Shown: in pieces, positions 57,201 through 64,000 of the stretch
How the letters are laid out: every line of letters starts with the position of its first letter
Numbering within the stretch: position 1 is the first letter of the stretch
Program-made: the position numbers and the translations under genes
The notes under the pieces: generated by a model
The model's input: only the letters and a program-made list of their open reading frames with translations
Told to the model about the DNA's origin: nothing
Database searches by the model: none
IMG/VR virus record: IMGVR_UViG_2933073624_000001
Span: 36,643 to 100,642 of that record
DNA: 64,000 bases
Source: a virus
Lineage: Duplodnaviria; Caudoviricetes
Direction: 5' to 3' (one strand)

Positions 57201-57890
57201 GCCTTCGGGACGGCGGCCGTCAGCTTCTTCACCGGCCTGCCGGGCCGGATCGGCGCCGGGCTGTCGTCGCTCGGTGCACAGATCTCGGCACGCTTCTCCT
57301 CGGCGTCAACCGCGGCGCTGGCTCGTGCGCGGTCGTTCGGGTCGTCTGCCATCAGCTTCTTCACCGGCTTGCCGGGCCGGATCGGAAGCGCGCTGTCGTC
57401 TCTGGGCGGGACGATCGCAGGCGTTTTCTCCCGCGCCACCGGCTCGGCCCTCAGCGCTGTGCGAGGACTGATCAGCTCGATCGTCGGAGCCTTCCGCGGC
57501 CTGGGCGCAGCGATCCTCAACAGCATCGGGGACATCGGCTCGCAGATCGTCGGCAAGATCAAGCGAGGATTGCCGTCCGCGTTGCAGGGCGCGCTGCCAT
57601 TCGCGAACGGCGGGATCGTTCGGAGCCCCGTGGTGGGCCTTGTCGGCGAAGCCGGACCCGAGGTGATCATCCCGCTCACCCGGCCGCAGCGGGCCGTCGA
57701 ACTGGCCGAGCAATCCGGGCTGCTGCGGCTGCTTGCGAAGCGCGGCGTCCTGGGGCCCCCCGCCGCGCCGGCCCGCGCAGGTGGAGAGCGGCACGTTACC
57801 CACAACTGGCACATCCAGACGCCGGCGCAGGACTCGAGAGTTCTGGCCGAGCACTTGTACGGGCAGCTTGCCCTAGCGGCGGGAGTCTGA
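54216..57890 (+). CDS. tail tape measure protein
   Basis: 1224 aa Ala/Gly/Leu-rich, 44-aa repeats, FANGGIV...VGEAGPEVIIPL. Confidence 0.9.
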   Translation: MAEDEDYGVGRIRIVLDEDDAVADARDMGIRIQRALERSTRTAGDAIRRNVQQGLSRASVSVTVLPDLRRFDSALLAGLRSYDSINLPVAPDLTGFLERLRAHLAGEELSVRVVPDFDGFDERIRAHDPPDINVDVDANTNRLSQALSGLGNIAGQVTGALRGLLTVGAVGIAASGAATAVGGLVAALAPAVGIIAAGPAVILGFQAALGGLRLALMGVSEAFSAALTGDAKEFEKALKGLSPAARAAALEVRALKPAFEGLRNSVQDAFFSRLKGEITGVAQALGGPLKQGLTNIADGWGRAALGVTGYLRGAKGVSNIRSILGAAGQAVGGLALTTNKLTGGFLQLAATISDKFGAELGSGIAGLGERFGEFLQRIANDGRAVAWVDQALNTFAQLGDLLGNIGSIISGVFGAANASGAGFLANLQNITRSFAAFVNSARGQTAIANIFRTVGTIAAQLGPILGALVTQVGAIAPALAPIFTALGPALVGLINSLGPALAAIGPGLQVVSSGLAQAFGILADSGALGSLGTAIGSVLTALSPLLPLVGQLAAAVGSILGPALQNAALVVQPLIQALVGVLLPVLPVLAGAFVQIQAAVAPAAAALGQLLGSAVAATAPLLMALATTVAQVASSFAPLITQLTGVLMPVLPPLVDAFSQVTNALLPLFPAVADLAAALAPLASKAIELLAPVVQIAAAFATWVVLNGVVPLVQGVVQVLVDLVSGLTSAVEWVGALPEMISSGLSSASSAVSDFASSVGTYFSDLWASATTSVSEGVDQIVGFFSDLGTSATTAVSDGFSQLGSFFTGLGTSAAASVSSGFTQVVDFFVALPGQIGAALAALPGVLIDLFTSAVSTSVLTLIAVSANVITFFRELPSRIGDALSSLSSMIANAFTSAFTVTVTGAQAFGTSVVEFFTNLPSRISAGLSSLGATIAAAFTAAASAAIARAQAFGTAAVSFFTGLPGRISAGLSSLGSQIASRFTAAASAAIARAQAFGTAAVSFFTGLPGRIGAGLSSLGAQISARFSSASTAALARARSFGSSAISFFTGLPGRIGSALSSLGGTIAGVFSRATGSALSAVRGLISSIVGAFRGLGAAILNSIGDIGSQIVGKIKRGLPSALQGALPFANGGIVRSPVVGLVGEAGPEVIIPLTRPQRAVELAEQSGLLRLLAKRGVLGPPAAPARAGGERHVTHNWHIQTPAQDSRVLAEHLYGQLALAAGV

Positions 57891-57892
57891 TC

Positions 57893-59134
57893 ATGATCCC
57901 TGACTATCTCGACTACGGCTGTACGGAGATCATCAACTCCGCTCGGGCGTCGGCCTACTCACAGCGGTACTGCCTGCTGACCGATTGCGATCCGTGCGCC
58001 GGGCTCGCGGAGGCGATCAACGATCCGCCGTACGTCGACCCTGTGACCGATGCTGCGCCGTGGTACGACAGCGCGGTTCCGGAGTCCGCGTCGTTCCTCG
58101 GCGTCATGGGCCTGAGCGTCGCGGGTTTCTCGCGCTCGACGGTCAGCCGGAACCCGGTTCAGCTCGTCGGCGACGGCGCGGCCCTCGGGGTTGCCCGCCG
58201 GGCGCACCGCGAGATCACGTACACGGTGCTGCTCCTGGTCCTCGAGGAGTGCGCCCTTGAGTACGCGCTTACCTGGCTCTCCTCGGCGCTCCAGGGCGCT
58301 CCGTGCGAAGGAGCCTGCGAGGGTAACGAGATCGGTGTCTTCGCCTGCTGCCCGGAAGGAGACGGGACGCGGGAGCTCCGGCATCTCTACGGAGTCGGGC
58401 TGCTGGCGGGCCCGCAGGTGACGACGGTCCGGTCTCTCGATGACGGCTTCGTCGCCGAGGCGACTTTCACGCTGGCGGCCGAGATCCCGTACGTCTACCG
58501 AGAGCCGCTGGAGACGCTGACGAGCTGGGTGAACTTGGCCGACGGCTTCCCGCTCTCGGTCGACCCGGACGAGGTCTACGGGGACTGCGTGGAGCCCGAG
58601 CCGTGCCTTGCCGACCCGCTGTGCCCGCCACCACCGCTGCCGGTACGGGCCCCGGTGCCGGTCGACGCCTGCTATCCAACCGGGTCCGCGTCCTTCTACC
58701 GCAACGTGGTCGCCCTGGACCCGCTGGACCAGCCTGAGTGGCTGGAGGCTGTGCCGGTCCTGGAGCTGGAGACTGGTGCGAGCGCGCTCCGCCGCCTGGT
58801 GGTGAGGTTCTGGGCCAATCCCCTCGGTGGCAACTGCCAGGAGGTAGCGGACCCCTGCGCGGCCTGTACGGACATCCAAATCCCTTACCTGCCGGCCGGG
58901 TCGAAACTGGTCGTTGACGGCCGGACGCAGACGGCGGAGGTGGAGTGTCCGCGCGGCATCGCGGGGACGGCCACGAGCACGCCGACACTGTACGGGCCGC
59001 TGGGCCGGGCCTTCGAGTGGCCCATTTTCTCGTGTGCGACAGGCCTGTGCATCGAGATCCTTTCTACGACGGTGACCACCGCGCCGGACGCGCGGGCCCG
59101 GGTCCTCCTCGTCCCGCGATCGGACGTGGGCTGA
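57893..59134 (+). CDS. distal tail/minor tail protein
   Basis: follows tape measure; EIINSAR..AY, APWYD. Confidence 0.7.
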   Translation: MIPDYLDYGCTEIINSARASAYSQRYCLLTDCDPCAGLAEAINDPPYVDPVTDAAPWYDSAVPESASFLGVMGLSVAGFSRSTVSRNPVQLVGDGAALGVARRAHREITYTVLLLVLEECALEYALTWLSSALQGAPCEGACEGNEIGVFACCPEGDGTRELRHLYGVGLLAGPQVTTVRSLDDGFVAEATFTLAAEIPYVYREPLETLTSWVNLADGFPLSVDPDEVYGDCVEPEPCLADPLCPPPPLPVRAPVPVDACYPTGSASFYRNVVALDPLDQPEWLEAVPVLELETGASALRRLVVRFWANPLGGNCQEVADPCAACTDIQIPYLPAGSKLVVDGRTQTAEVECPRGIAGTATSTPTLYGPLGRAFEWPIFSCATGLCIEILSTTVTTAPDARARVLLVPRSDVG

Positions 59135-60288
59135 TGCCGGAGCTGGGGTGTGCACAGGAGTACACGGCCGTCATCCACTGGCTGGGCGGCGCGCGGCCGT
59201 TCACGTCGCCTGGGGTGTCGGCGCTGACGTCCGTGGTGTGGAACCGGACGGCCAACGACACTGGCGAGGCCACCATCCTCATCAGCAAGTCGATGGCCGG
59301 CGCCTCGTGCTGCGGGGACCTGGGCCGGATCGAGCCATGGGTCCACGAGCTGAGTCTCTACCGGGACGGCGAACTCGTCTGGCAGGGGCCGATTATCCGT
59401 GTGACGGAGAACCGAACCCGTTTCCGGGTCGAGGCGCTCGACGTGACGGCCTGGCTCGCCCGCTGCGTGAACACCACAGTCCTGCGCTACCTGGCGACCG
59501 ACCCCGCGGACCCCCATCACGTCGGCCCGGTGCAGGAGATCGCGCACAGGATCATCACGGAGAACCTGGCGGGCGGCTTGTACGCGCCGACGCCGGACTG
59601 GCCCCGGATGCTGCCGTACATCGTCCGCGACGACGACTCGATCGTCACGCGTTTCGAGAAGGACGGCACCGACGACAACTCGGTCTGGCAGGTGCCGATC
59701 CTCCAGATCATCAACGACGAGCTGGTACCCCGCGGCCTGGAGTACACGACCGTCGGCCGGGCGCTCCTGCTCGGCCGCCCGCAGACAACGAGCGACCCCG
59801 CACAGGCCCGCCTCGACCTCGACTCCATCGAGGGCGACGTCGAGATCGTCCGGGACGGCACGGCCGGTGCCACCCTCGTGTGGGTCACCAACCAGAACGA
59901 CGAGGACATCAGCGGCGCCCAGTACGGCGTCTCCGGAGTCGTCAGCGGCGTGTACGGACGCCTGGACACCCTCATCCGCAGCACGGCCGAGGGCCTGAGC
60001 GCGTACGACTTGTGGCAGCTCGCCCGCGCCTCCTACAACGGCCGCAATCCGATGCCGACGAGCCTGCGCATCCCGGTCGGCTCCAGCCTCTCCCCGCGTG
60101 CCCCGGTCACCATCCGCCAGCTGGTCCCCGGCGTCCGCATCGACGTCGCCGCAGTCGGCATGTGCATGGGCCTGACCCAGCCCTACCGGCTCTCCGACCT
60201 GGAGGTCGAGTGGGGCGACTCCGGCGAGAACGTCGGGATCTCCCTGGTCCCGATCGGCGACCCCCTGACAGGAGCACCCCCGACATGA
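59134..60288 (+). CDS. minor tail (hub-like) protein
   Basis: PWVHEL..YRDGE.VWQGP, LVPGV. Confidence 0.7.
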   Translation: MPELGCAQEYTAVIHWLGGARPFTSPGVSALTSVVWNRTANDTGEATILISKSMAGASCCGDLGRIEPWVHELSLYRDGELVWQGPIIRVTENRTRFRVEALDVTAWLARCVNTTVLRYLATDPADPHHVGPVQEIAHRIITENLAGGLYAPTPDWPRMLPYIVRDDDSIVTRFEKDGTDDNSVWQVPILQIINDELVPRGLEYTTVGRALLLGRPQTTSDPAQARLDLDSIEGDVEIVRDGTAGATLVWVTNQNDEDISGAQYGVSGVVSGVYGRLDTLIRSTAEGLSAYDLWQLARASYNGRNPMPTSLRIPVGSSLSPRAPVTIRQLVPGVRIDVAAVGMCMGLTQPYRLSDLEVEWGDSGENVGISLVPIGDPLTGAPPT

Positions 60289-60578
60289 CCATCCCCGGAC
60301 AGCGATCCGTACAACGGCCGTTTCGCGCGATGACGGCTAGCCAGCGGGCCCTCGGCCGCGCTGCCCAGGGCGGCGGCGGACTCGTCGGCGCTACCGGCAT
60401 CGCGTGGATCAACGGCGAACAGCACGAAGTGGACCTCCTGGCCCCGCCGGGCGAGCAGTCCCGGCCGGTAGGCCCGGTCCGGTCGGCGGAGCAACCGTGC
60501 CTGTGCACGGTGCGCTGCGATGGCGACTGCGCCCTGGACAGCCCGGAGGCCGAGAACCCCAGCGAGAGGACGGAGTAG
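60285..60578 (+). CDS. hypothetical protein
   Basis: AGGAG RBS, ATGA coupling. Confidence 0.55.
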   Translation: MTIPGQRSVQRPFRAMTASQRALGRAAQGGGGLVGATGIAWINGEQHEVDLLAPPGEQSRPVGPVRSAEQPCLCTVRCDGDCALDSPEAENPSERTE

Positions 60579-60580
60579 AT

Positions 60581-61558
60581 ATGGCCAGGTGTGGATGTCA
60601 GGGCGGATGTGCCTGCGCGGTCGAGGGCGTCGGCGCCGTCAACGTGACGGGCAACGGGTCGTCTATCAACCCGTTCCAGGTGAGCATCGACAGGGCGGAA
60701 CTTCTCACGGGCGGGCCCGGGATCACGTACGACCCGGACACCGGCACGATCAGCATCGACGTCTCGTCCGACTCGGGCAACGCGGCGCACTTCGGGTCCG
60801 ACAACGGCCTCTTCGTGTTCTCCGGAGGGGGCGGTGCGCTCGCCCTGTGCAGCCGCTACTTCCAGACCGACAGCGAGGGGAAGGTCTGTCTCAAGCCCGG
60901 CATGCAAGGCCTCATCGGTGTCCAGACCTACGACATCCCGGGCAACACCTTCACCTTCGGGAAGGGGGATTATCCGTGGCTGGCCCGGGTGCGGGTGCTG
61001 GTACAGGCCGGTGGCGGCGGGGCGGCGGGCGCCGCCGCCGCGGCGGGTGAGTCGATCTGGCGAGCCGGTGGCGCGGGCGGCGGCTACTCAGAAATGACCA
61101 TGGACGTCGCCGGGCTGCCCGCCGTCGTGCCCATCACTGTTGGCGCGGGCGGCACCGCGGGCGCCGCGAGCAACGGCAATGGCGGCAACGGCGGCAACTC
61201 CTCCTTCGGCACCATTGCCACCGCCGTCGGCGGCCCCGGGGGTCAGGCACAGATGCCGACAGGTAGCACGATCAGCTCCGCCAGCGGCACCGCCGGCCCG
61301 ACCACCGGCGTCGGGATGATCGCCATGGGAGGCGGAGCAGGCGAGGGCGCCGTTCGGATCGGTGCAACCGCCGGTCTCGGAGGAGCCGGTGGCAACTCGC
61401 ACCTGGGCTTCGGCGGGGCCTCTCGGGCCACCACCGGTGTCGGCAACGCGCCGAGCGGCTACGGCGGAGGCGCGGGCGGATCAGTCTCCGCGAACGGCGC
61501 CTCCCAGGCCGGCCGCGCGGGAGGCCCCGGAATCGTGATCGTGGAGCTGTACGGATGA
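60581..61558 (+). CDS. glycine-rich tail fibre-like protein
   Basis: AGGGG, GGAGGGY, ITVGAGG, GG.GIVIVE. Confidence 0.75.
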   Translation: MARCGCQGGCACAVEGVGAVNVTGNGSSINPFQVSIDRAELLTGGPGITYDPDTGTISIDVSSDSGNAAHFGSDNGLFVFSGGGGALALCSRYFQTDSEGKVCLKPGMQGLIGVQTYDIPGNTFTFGKGDYPWLARVRVLVQAGGGGAAGAAAAAGESIWRAGGAGGGYSEMTMDVAGLPAVVPITVGAGGTAGAASNGNGGNGGNSSFGTIATAVGGPGGQAQMPTGSTISSASGTAGPTTGVGMIAMGGGAGEGAVRIGATAGLGGAGGNSHLGFGGASRATTGVGNAPSGYGGGAGGSVSANGASQAGRAGGPGIVIVELYG

Positions 61559-61592
61559 CCGCGCCGAGCATCGGCCGCCCGCCCCGAGACCT

Positions 61593-61713
61593 TCCGGACA
61601 CGTCTTATCCGGACACGTTGCGGACAGTGTCCGCGCAGTTCACGGCCCCTCTCGGCTTCGCATCCGGACATCCAACCGGACACACCTCTCCCTTGTCCGG
61701 GCAGCGTCCGAAC
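61593..61713. repeat. cluster of TCCGGACA repeats
   Basis: multiple CGGACA/TGTCCG units upstream of lysis genes. Confidence 0.6.
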
Positions 61714-61743
61714 AAGGCTGTCCCCCGTTCTCTGGAGGTCCTC

Positions 61744-62007
61744 ATGACTGAACGCGCGACGGTCGGTCGAGCCGTCCACTACGTCTCGCACGGCACTCCG
61801 GTACGGACCGACGGCACCCAGGCGTTCCCGCCGGCCTGCCGTGCCGCGACCGTCACGGAAGTCGACGCGGACGACCCCGGTCGCGTTGGTCTGGCCGTCA
61901 CCAACCCGACCGGCATGCATTTCCACTCCCTCGCCGAAGGCGGCAGCGTCCACGCGGAAGCGGACGCGCGACTCGGCGGGTCCTGGCACTGGCCGGAGCG
62001 CGCCTGA
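61744..62007 (+). CDS. small conserved phage protein
   Basis: GGAGG RBS; TVGRAVHYV, RAA.VT.V, WHWPER. Confidence 0.7.
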   Translation: MTERATVGRAVHYVSHGTPVRTDGTQAFPPACRAATVTEVDADDPGRVGLAVTNPTGMHFHSLAEGGSVHAEADARLGGSWHWPERA

Positions 62008-62936
62008 TGGCCGCCCCGCTGAGCGCCGACGGCTTCGCGTCCTGCCTACGCCGCGAGGGCCTGGTCGTCGTCGAGCACGACGGATGGCGAACGAACAACC
62101 GCAACCACAAAGGGCCCTGGGGCGCGGTCCACGGCGTCATGCTGCACCACACCGTGACCTTCGGGACCCGGGCCACCGTCGAGATGTGCCGGTCCGGGCA
62201 CAGCGCCCTCCCGGGGCCGCTGTGTCACGGGGTGATCGCGAAGGACGGCGCGGTGCACCTGGTCGGCTACGGCCGCGCGAACCACGCCGGGCTCGGGGAC
62301 CCGGACGTGCTGAGCGCGGTCATCGCCGAGCGGCGCCTGCCGGCCGACAACCAGGCGACCGTCGACGGCAACCGGCACTTCTACGGCTTCGAGTGCGAGA
62401 ACCTCGGCGACGGCGAGGACCCCTGGCCGTCGGTGCAGGTCGAGGCCATGGAGAAGGCATCGGCCGCCGTCTGCCGGGCACACGGATGGGGAGCGGGGAG
62501 CATCCTCGCCCACCGCGAGTGGCAGCCCGGCAAGCCAGACCCGGCCGGCCCCGGCATGCCGACCATGGACGTCCTCCGGTCGCGCGCGGCCCGACGTCTG
62601 GAACAGCTGCCCCCGACTCCACCTCCCGCGCCGGTCAAGCCCGTGGTGAGCCTGTCCCGGCTCGTCAAGGCTGCGGAAGCCGACCGGTTCCGCGCCGGGA
62701 CCCCCGTCAGCTACGCCGGCACCGCGATCGTGGAGGCCGCGCTGGTCGACGAAGGGCTCCTGGCCAAGCGGTACCTGGACGGCCACTACGGCTGGACCAC
62801 CCTCGAAGCGATGAGCGCATGGCAGGAGCGGTGCGGGTACCGCGGCCGCCAGCTCGGGCAGCCGGCCGACGGCATCCCGGGTCGCACGTCCCTGACCCGC
62901 CTGTCCCTCAAGCACGCATTCACCATCGCCGCCTGA
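62007..62936 (+). CDS. endolysin, N-acetylmuramoyl-L-alanine amidase with PG-binding domain
   Basis: VMLHHT, GRANHAG, YGFECEN, AHREW..K.DP, DG.YG..T, ADGIPG. Confidence 0.9.
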   Translation: MAAPLSADGFASCLRREGLVVVEHDGWRTNNRNHKGPWGAVHGVMLHHTVTFGTRATVEMCRSGHSALPGPLCHGVIAKDGAVHLVGYGRANHAGLGDPDVLSAVIAERRLPADNQATVDGNRHFYGFECENLGDGEDPWPSVQVEAMEKASAAVCRAHGWGAGSILAHREWQPGKPDPAGPGMPTMDVLRSRAARRLEQLPPTPPPAPVKPVVSLSRLVKAAEADRFRAGTPVSYAGTAIVEAALVDEGLLAKRYLDGHYGWTTLEAMSAWQERCGYRGRQLGQPADGIPGRTSLTRLSLKHAFTIAA

Positions 62937-62948
62937 AAGGGGCAGCTC

Positions 62949-63257
62949 ATGGACACCATCACTCTGGACGCGGCGTACTGGTACGGCCTCGTCATCGCCT
63001 TCGTACTGCCGGTGCTCGTCGGCCTGGTGACCACGAGGGTCACCTCGCCGGGCACGAAGGCCGTGCTGCTCCTCGCGCTGTCGGCCGTGGAGTCGTTCTT
63101 CGTGGAGCTCGCGGCCGCCGAGCCGGGCTGGGACGCGAGCCCGGCGCTCGTGCTGACCTTCGTGTCGTTCGTAATGGGCACGGCCGCGCACTTCGGGTTG
63201 TGGAAGCCGGTCGGCGTCGCGCAGCGGGCACAGGACGCCTTCGTGAAGGCCGCATAG
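62949..63257 (+). CDS. holin
   Basis: LPVLVGLVT, TM segments, HFGLWKP; follows endolysin. Confidence 0.8.
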   Translation: MDTITLDAAYWYGLVIAFVLPVLVGLVTTRVTSPGTKAVLLLALSAVESFFVELAAAEPGWDASPALVLTFVSFVMGTAAHFGLWKPVGVAQRAQDAFVKAA

Positions 63258-63289
63258 CCACCCTCAGGCAAGAGAGCGAGAGAACCACG

Positions 63290-63697
63290 ATGGCTTGGTT
63301 CGACATACCGTCTCTGGACAGCTTCCTCGCGTGGGGCGGGGCGATCACGATGCTGACCGCCCTGGCCGGCGCGGCCTGGCGGCTGATCCGGTCCGCCGCC
63401 AGCACGGGGAAGCGGATGAACGAGTTCATGGACGACTGGTACGGCGAGCAGAGCCGTCCCGGGGTGGCGGAGAGACCCGGCATGATGGAGCGGGTCTCGG
63501 AGATCGAAGGCCGGCTCAAGCGGGTCGAGCACGAGCTGTACCCGAACTCCGGCAGCTCGCTCAGGGACGCGGTCGACCAGGCGAACCGGCGGCTGGAGCA
63601 ACTGTGCGGACCGTACTGCGAGGACCCGGAGCACCCGCCGCCACCCCCACCGCCTGGTGTGCCGCCCGAGGCCCTGCCCGACGGCACGCCGGAGTAG
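63290..63697 (+). CDS. membrane-anchored lysis-region protein
   Basis: TM segment, DWYGE..RPG, PNSGSSLRDAVD. Confidence 0.75.
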   Translation: MAWFDIPSLDSFLAWGGAITMLTALAGAAWRLIRSAASTGKRMNEFMDDWYGEQSRPGVAERPGMMERVSEIEGRLKRVEHELYPNSGSSLRDAVDQANRRLEQLCGPYCEDPEHPPPPPPPGVPPEALPDGTPE

Positions 63698-63701
63698 GAC
63701 C

Positions 63702-63740
63702 GGGACGTCCCGCCCCGCGGCTCCGAGGGCGGGACGTCTC
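63702..63740. terminator. hairpin ending the late operon
   Basis: GGGACGTCCCGCCC...GGGCGGGACGTCTC. Confidence 0.6.
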
Positions 63741-63790
63741 TTCTTGCGGAACCGCACAGGTGCTGCCCTGAGGAGAAGAGTCCGTGTGGG

Positions 63791-64000
63791 TCACCCCGTG
63801 GGCATCTTCTCCTTCTTCCATGATTCTCTGCTCTCTTCCAGAGAGCGCCGCAGGTGGTCCTCCGTATCCTCGTAGCGGGTTCCGCCATCCCATTCAACGA
63901 AGTACGTTCCGTGCCCGCCGGGAACGTTCTCGATGCGGGTGAGGATCATGCAGTGACCCGCCCAGTCTCCGAACTCCGGCCCGAGGACTTCGCCCTCCAT
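63791..64000 (-). CDS. hypothetical protein, possibly truncated by window edge
   Basis: ORF reaches window end. Confidence 0.4.
   Translation of the reverse strand: MEGEVLGPEFGDWAGHCMILTRIENVPGGHGTYFVEWDGGTRYEDTEDHLRRSLEESRESWKKEKMPTG

Noticed and set aside
56931-57400. 132-bp tandem repeats
   Set aside because: Ordinary 44-aa tape-measure repeats

Overview
GC-rich actinomycete (Streptomyces-like) mobile element that looks like a plasmid-phage (pZL12-type organisation, inferred). Layout: (i) 1-4.1 kb, a NERD gene plus membrane/spread-like genes. (ii) 4.2-27.7 kb, a co-oriented array of small accessory genes (PP2C-like, DUF3560, ParB, adenine and C5-cytosine methyltransferases, an exteinless intein, a truncated YifB/ComM, a ParB-HTH fragment). 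This array is punctuated by two families of repeated promoter/operator cassettes, each paired with a divergent tandem-HTH regulator. (iii) 27.9-30.4 kb, an atypical tRNA-Gly(UCC) followed by a methyltransferase-like/GNAT(Mom)-like gene and a ParB-N gene coupled to the terminase operon. (iv) 30.4-63.7 kb, a siphovirus morphogenesis and lysis region: terminase, portal, MuF-ADP-ribosyltransferase, 2H-phosphoesterase/protease fusion, capsid, tail, Stealth-like enzyme, tape measure, amidase and holin. An IS5-family element and morons interrupt it. Best candidate for a new system: a dedicated non-ribosomal-looking tRNA-Gly supplying glycine to a Mom-like DNA hypermodification enzyme. All protein assignments are by-eye motif recognition; no database searches were run.
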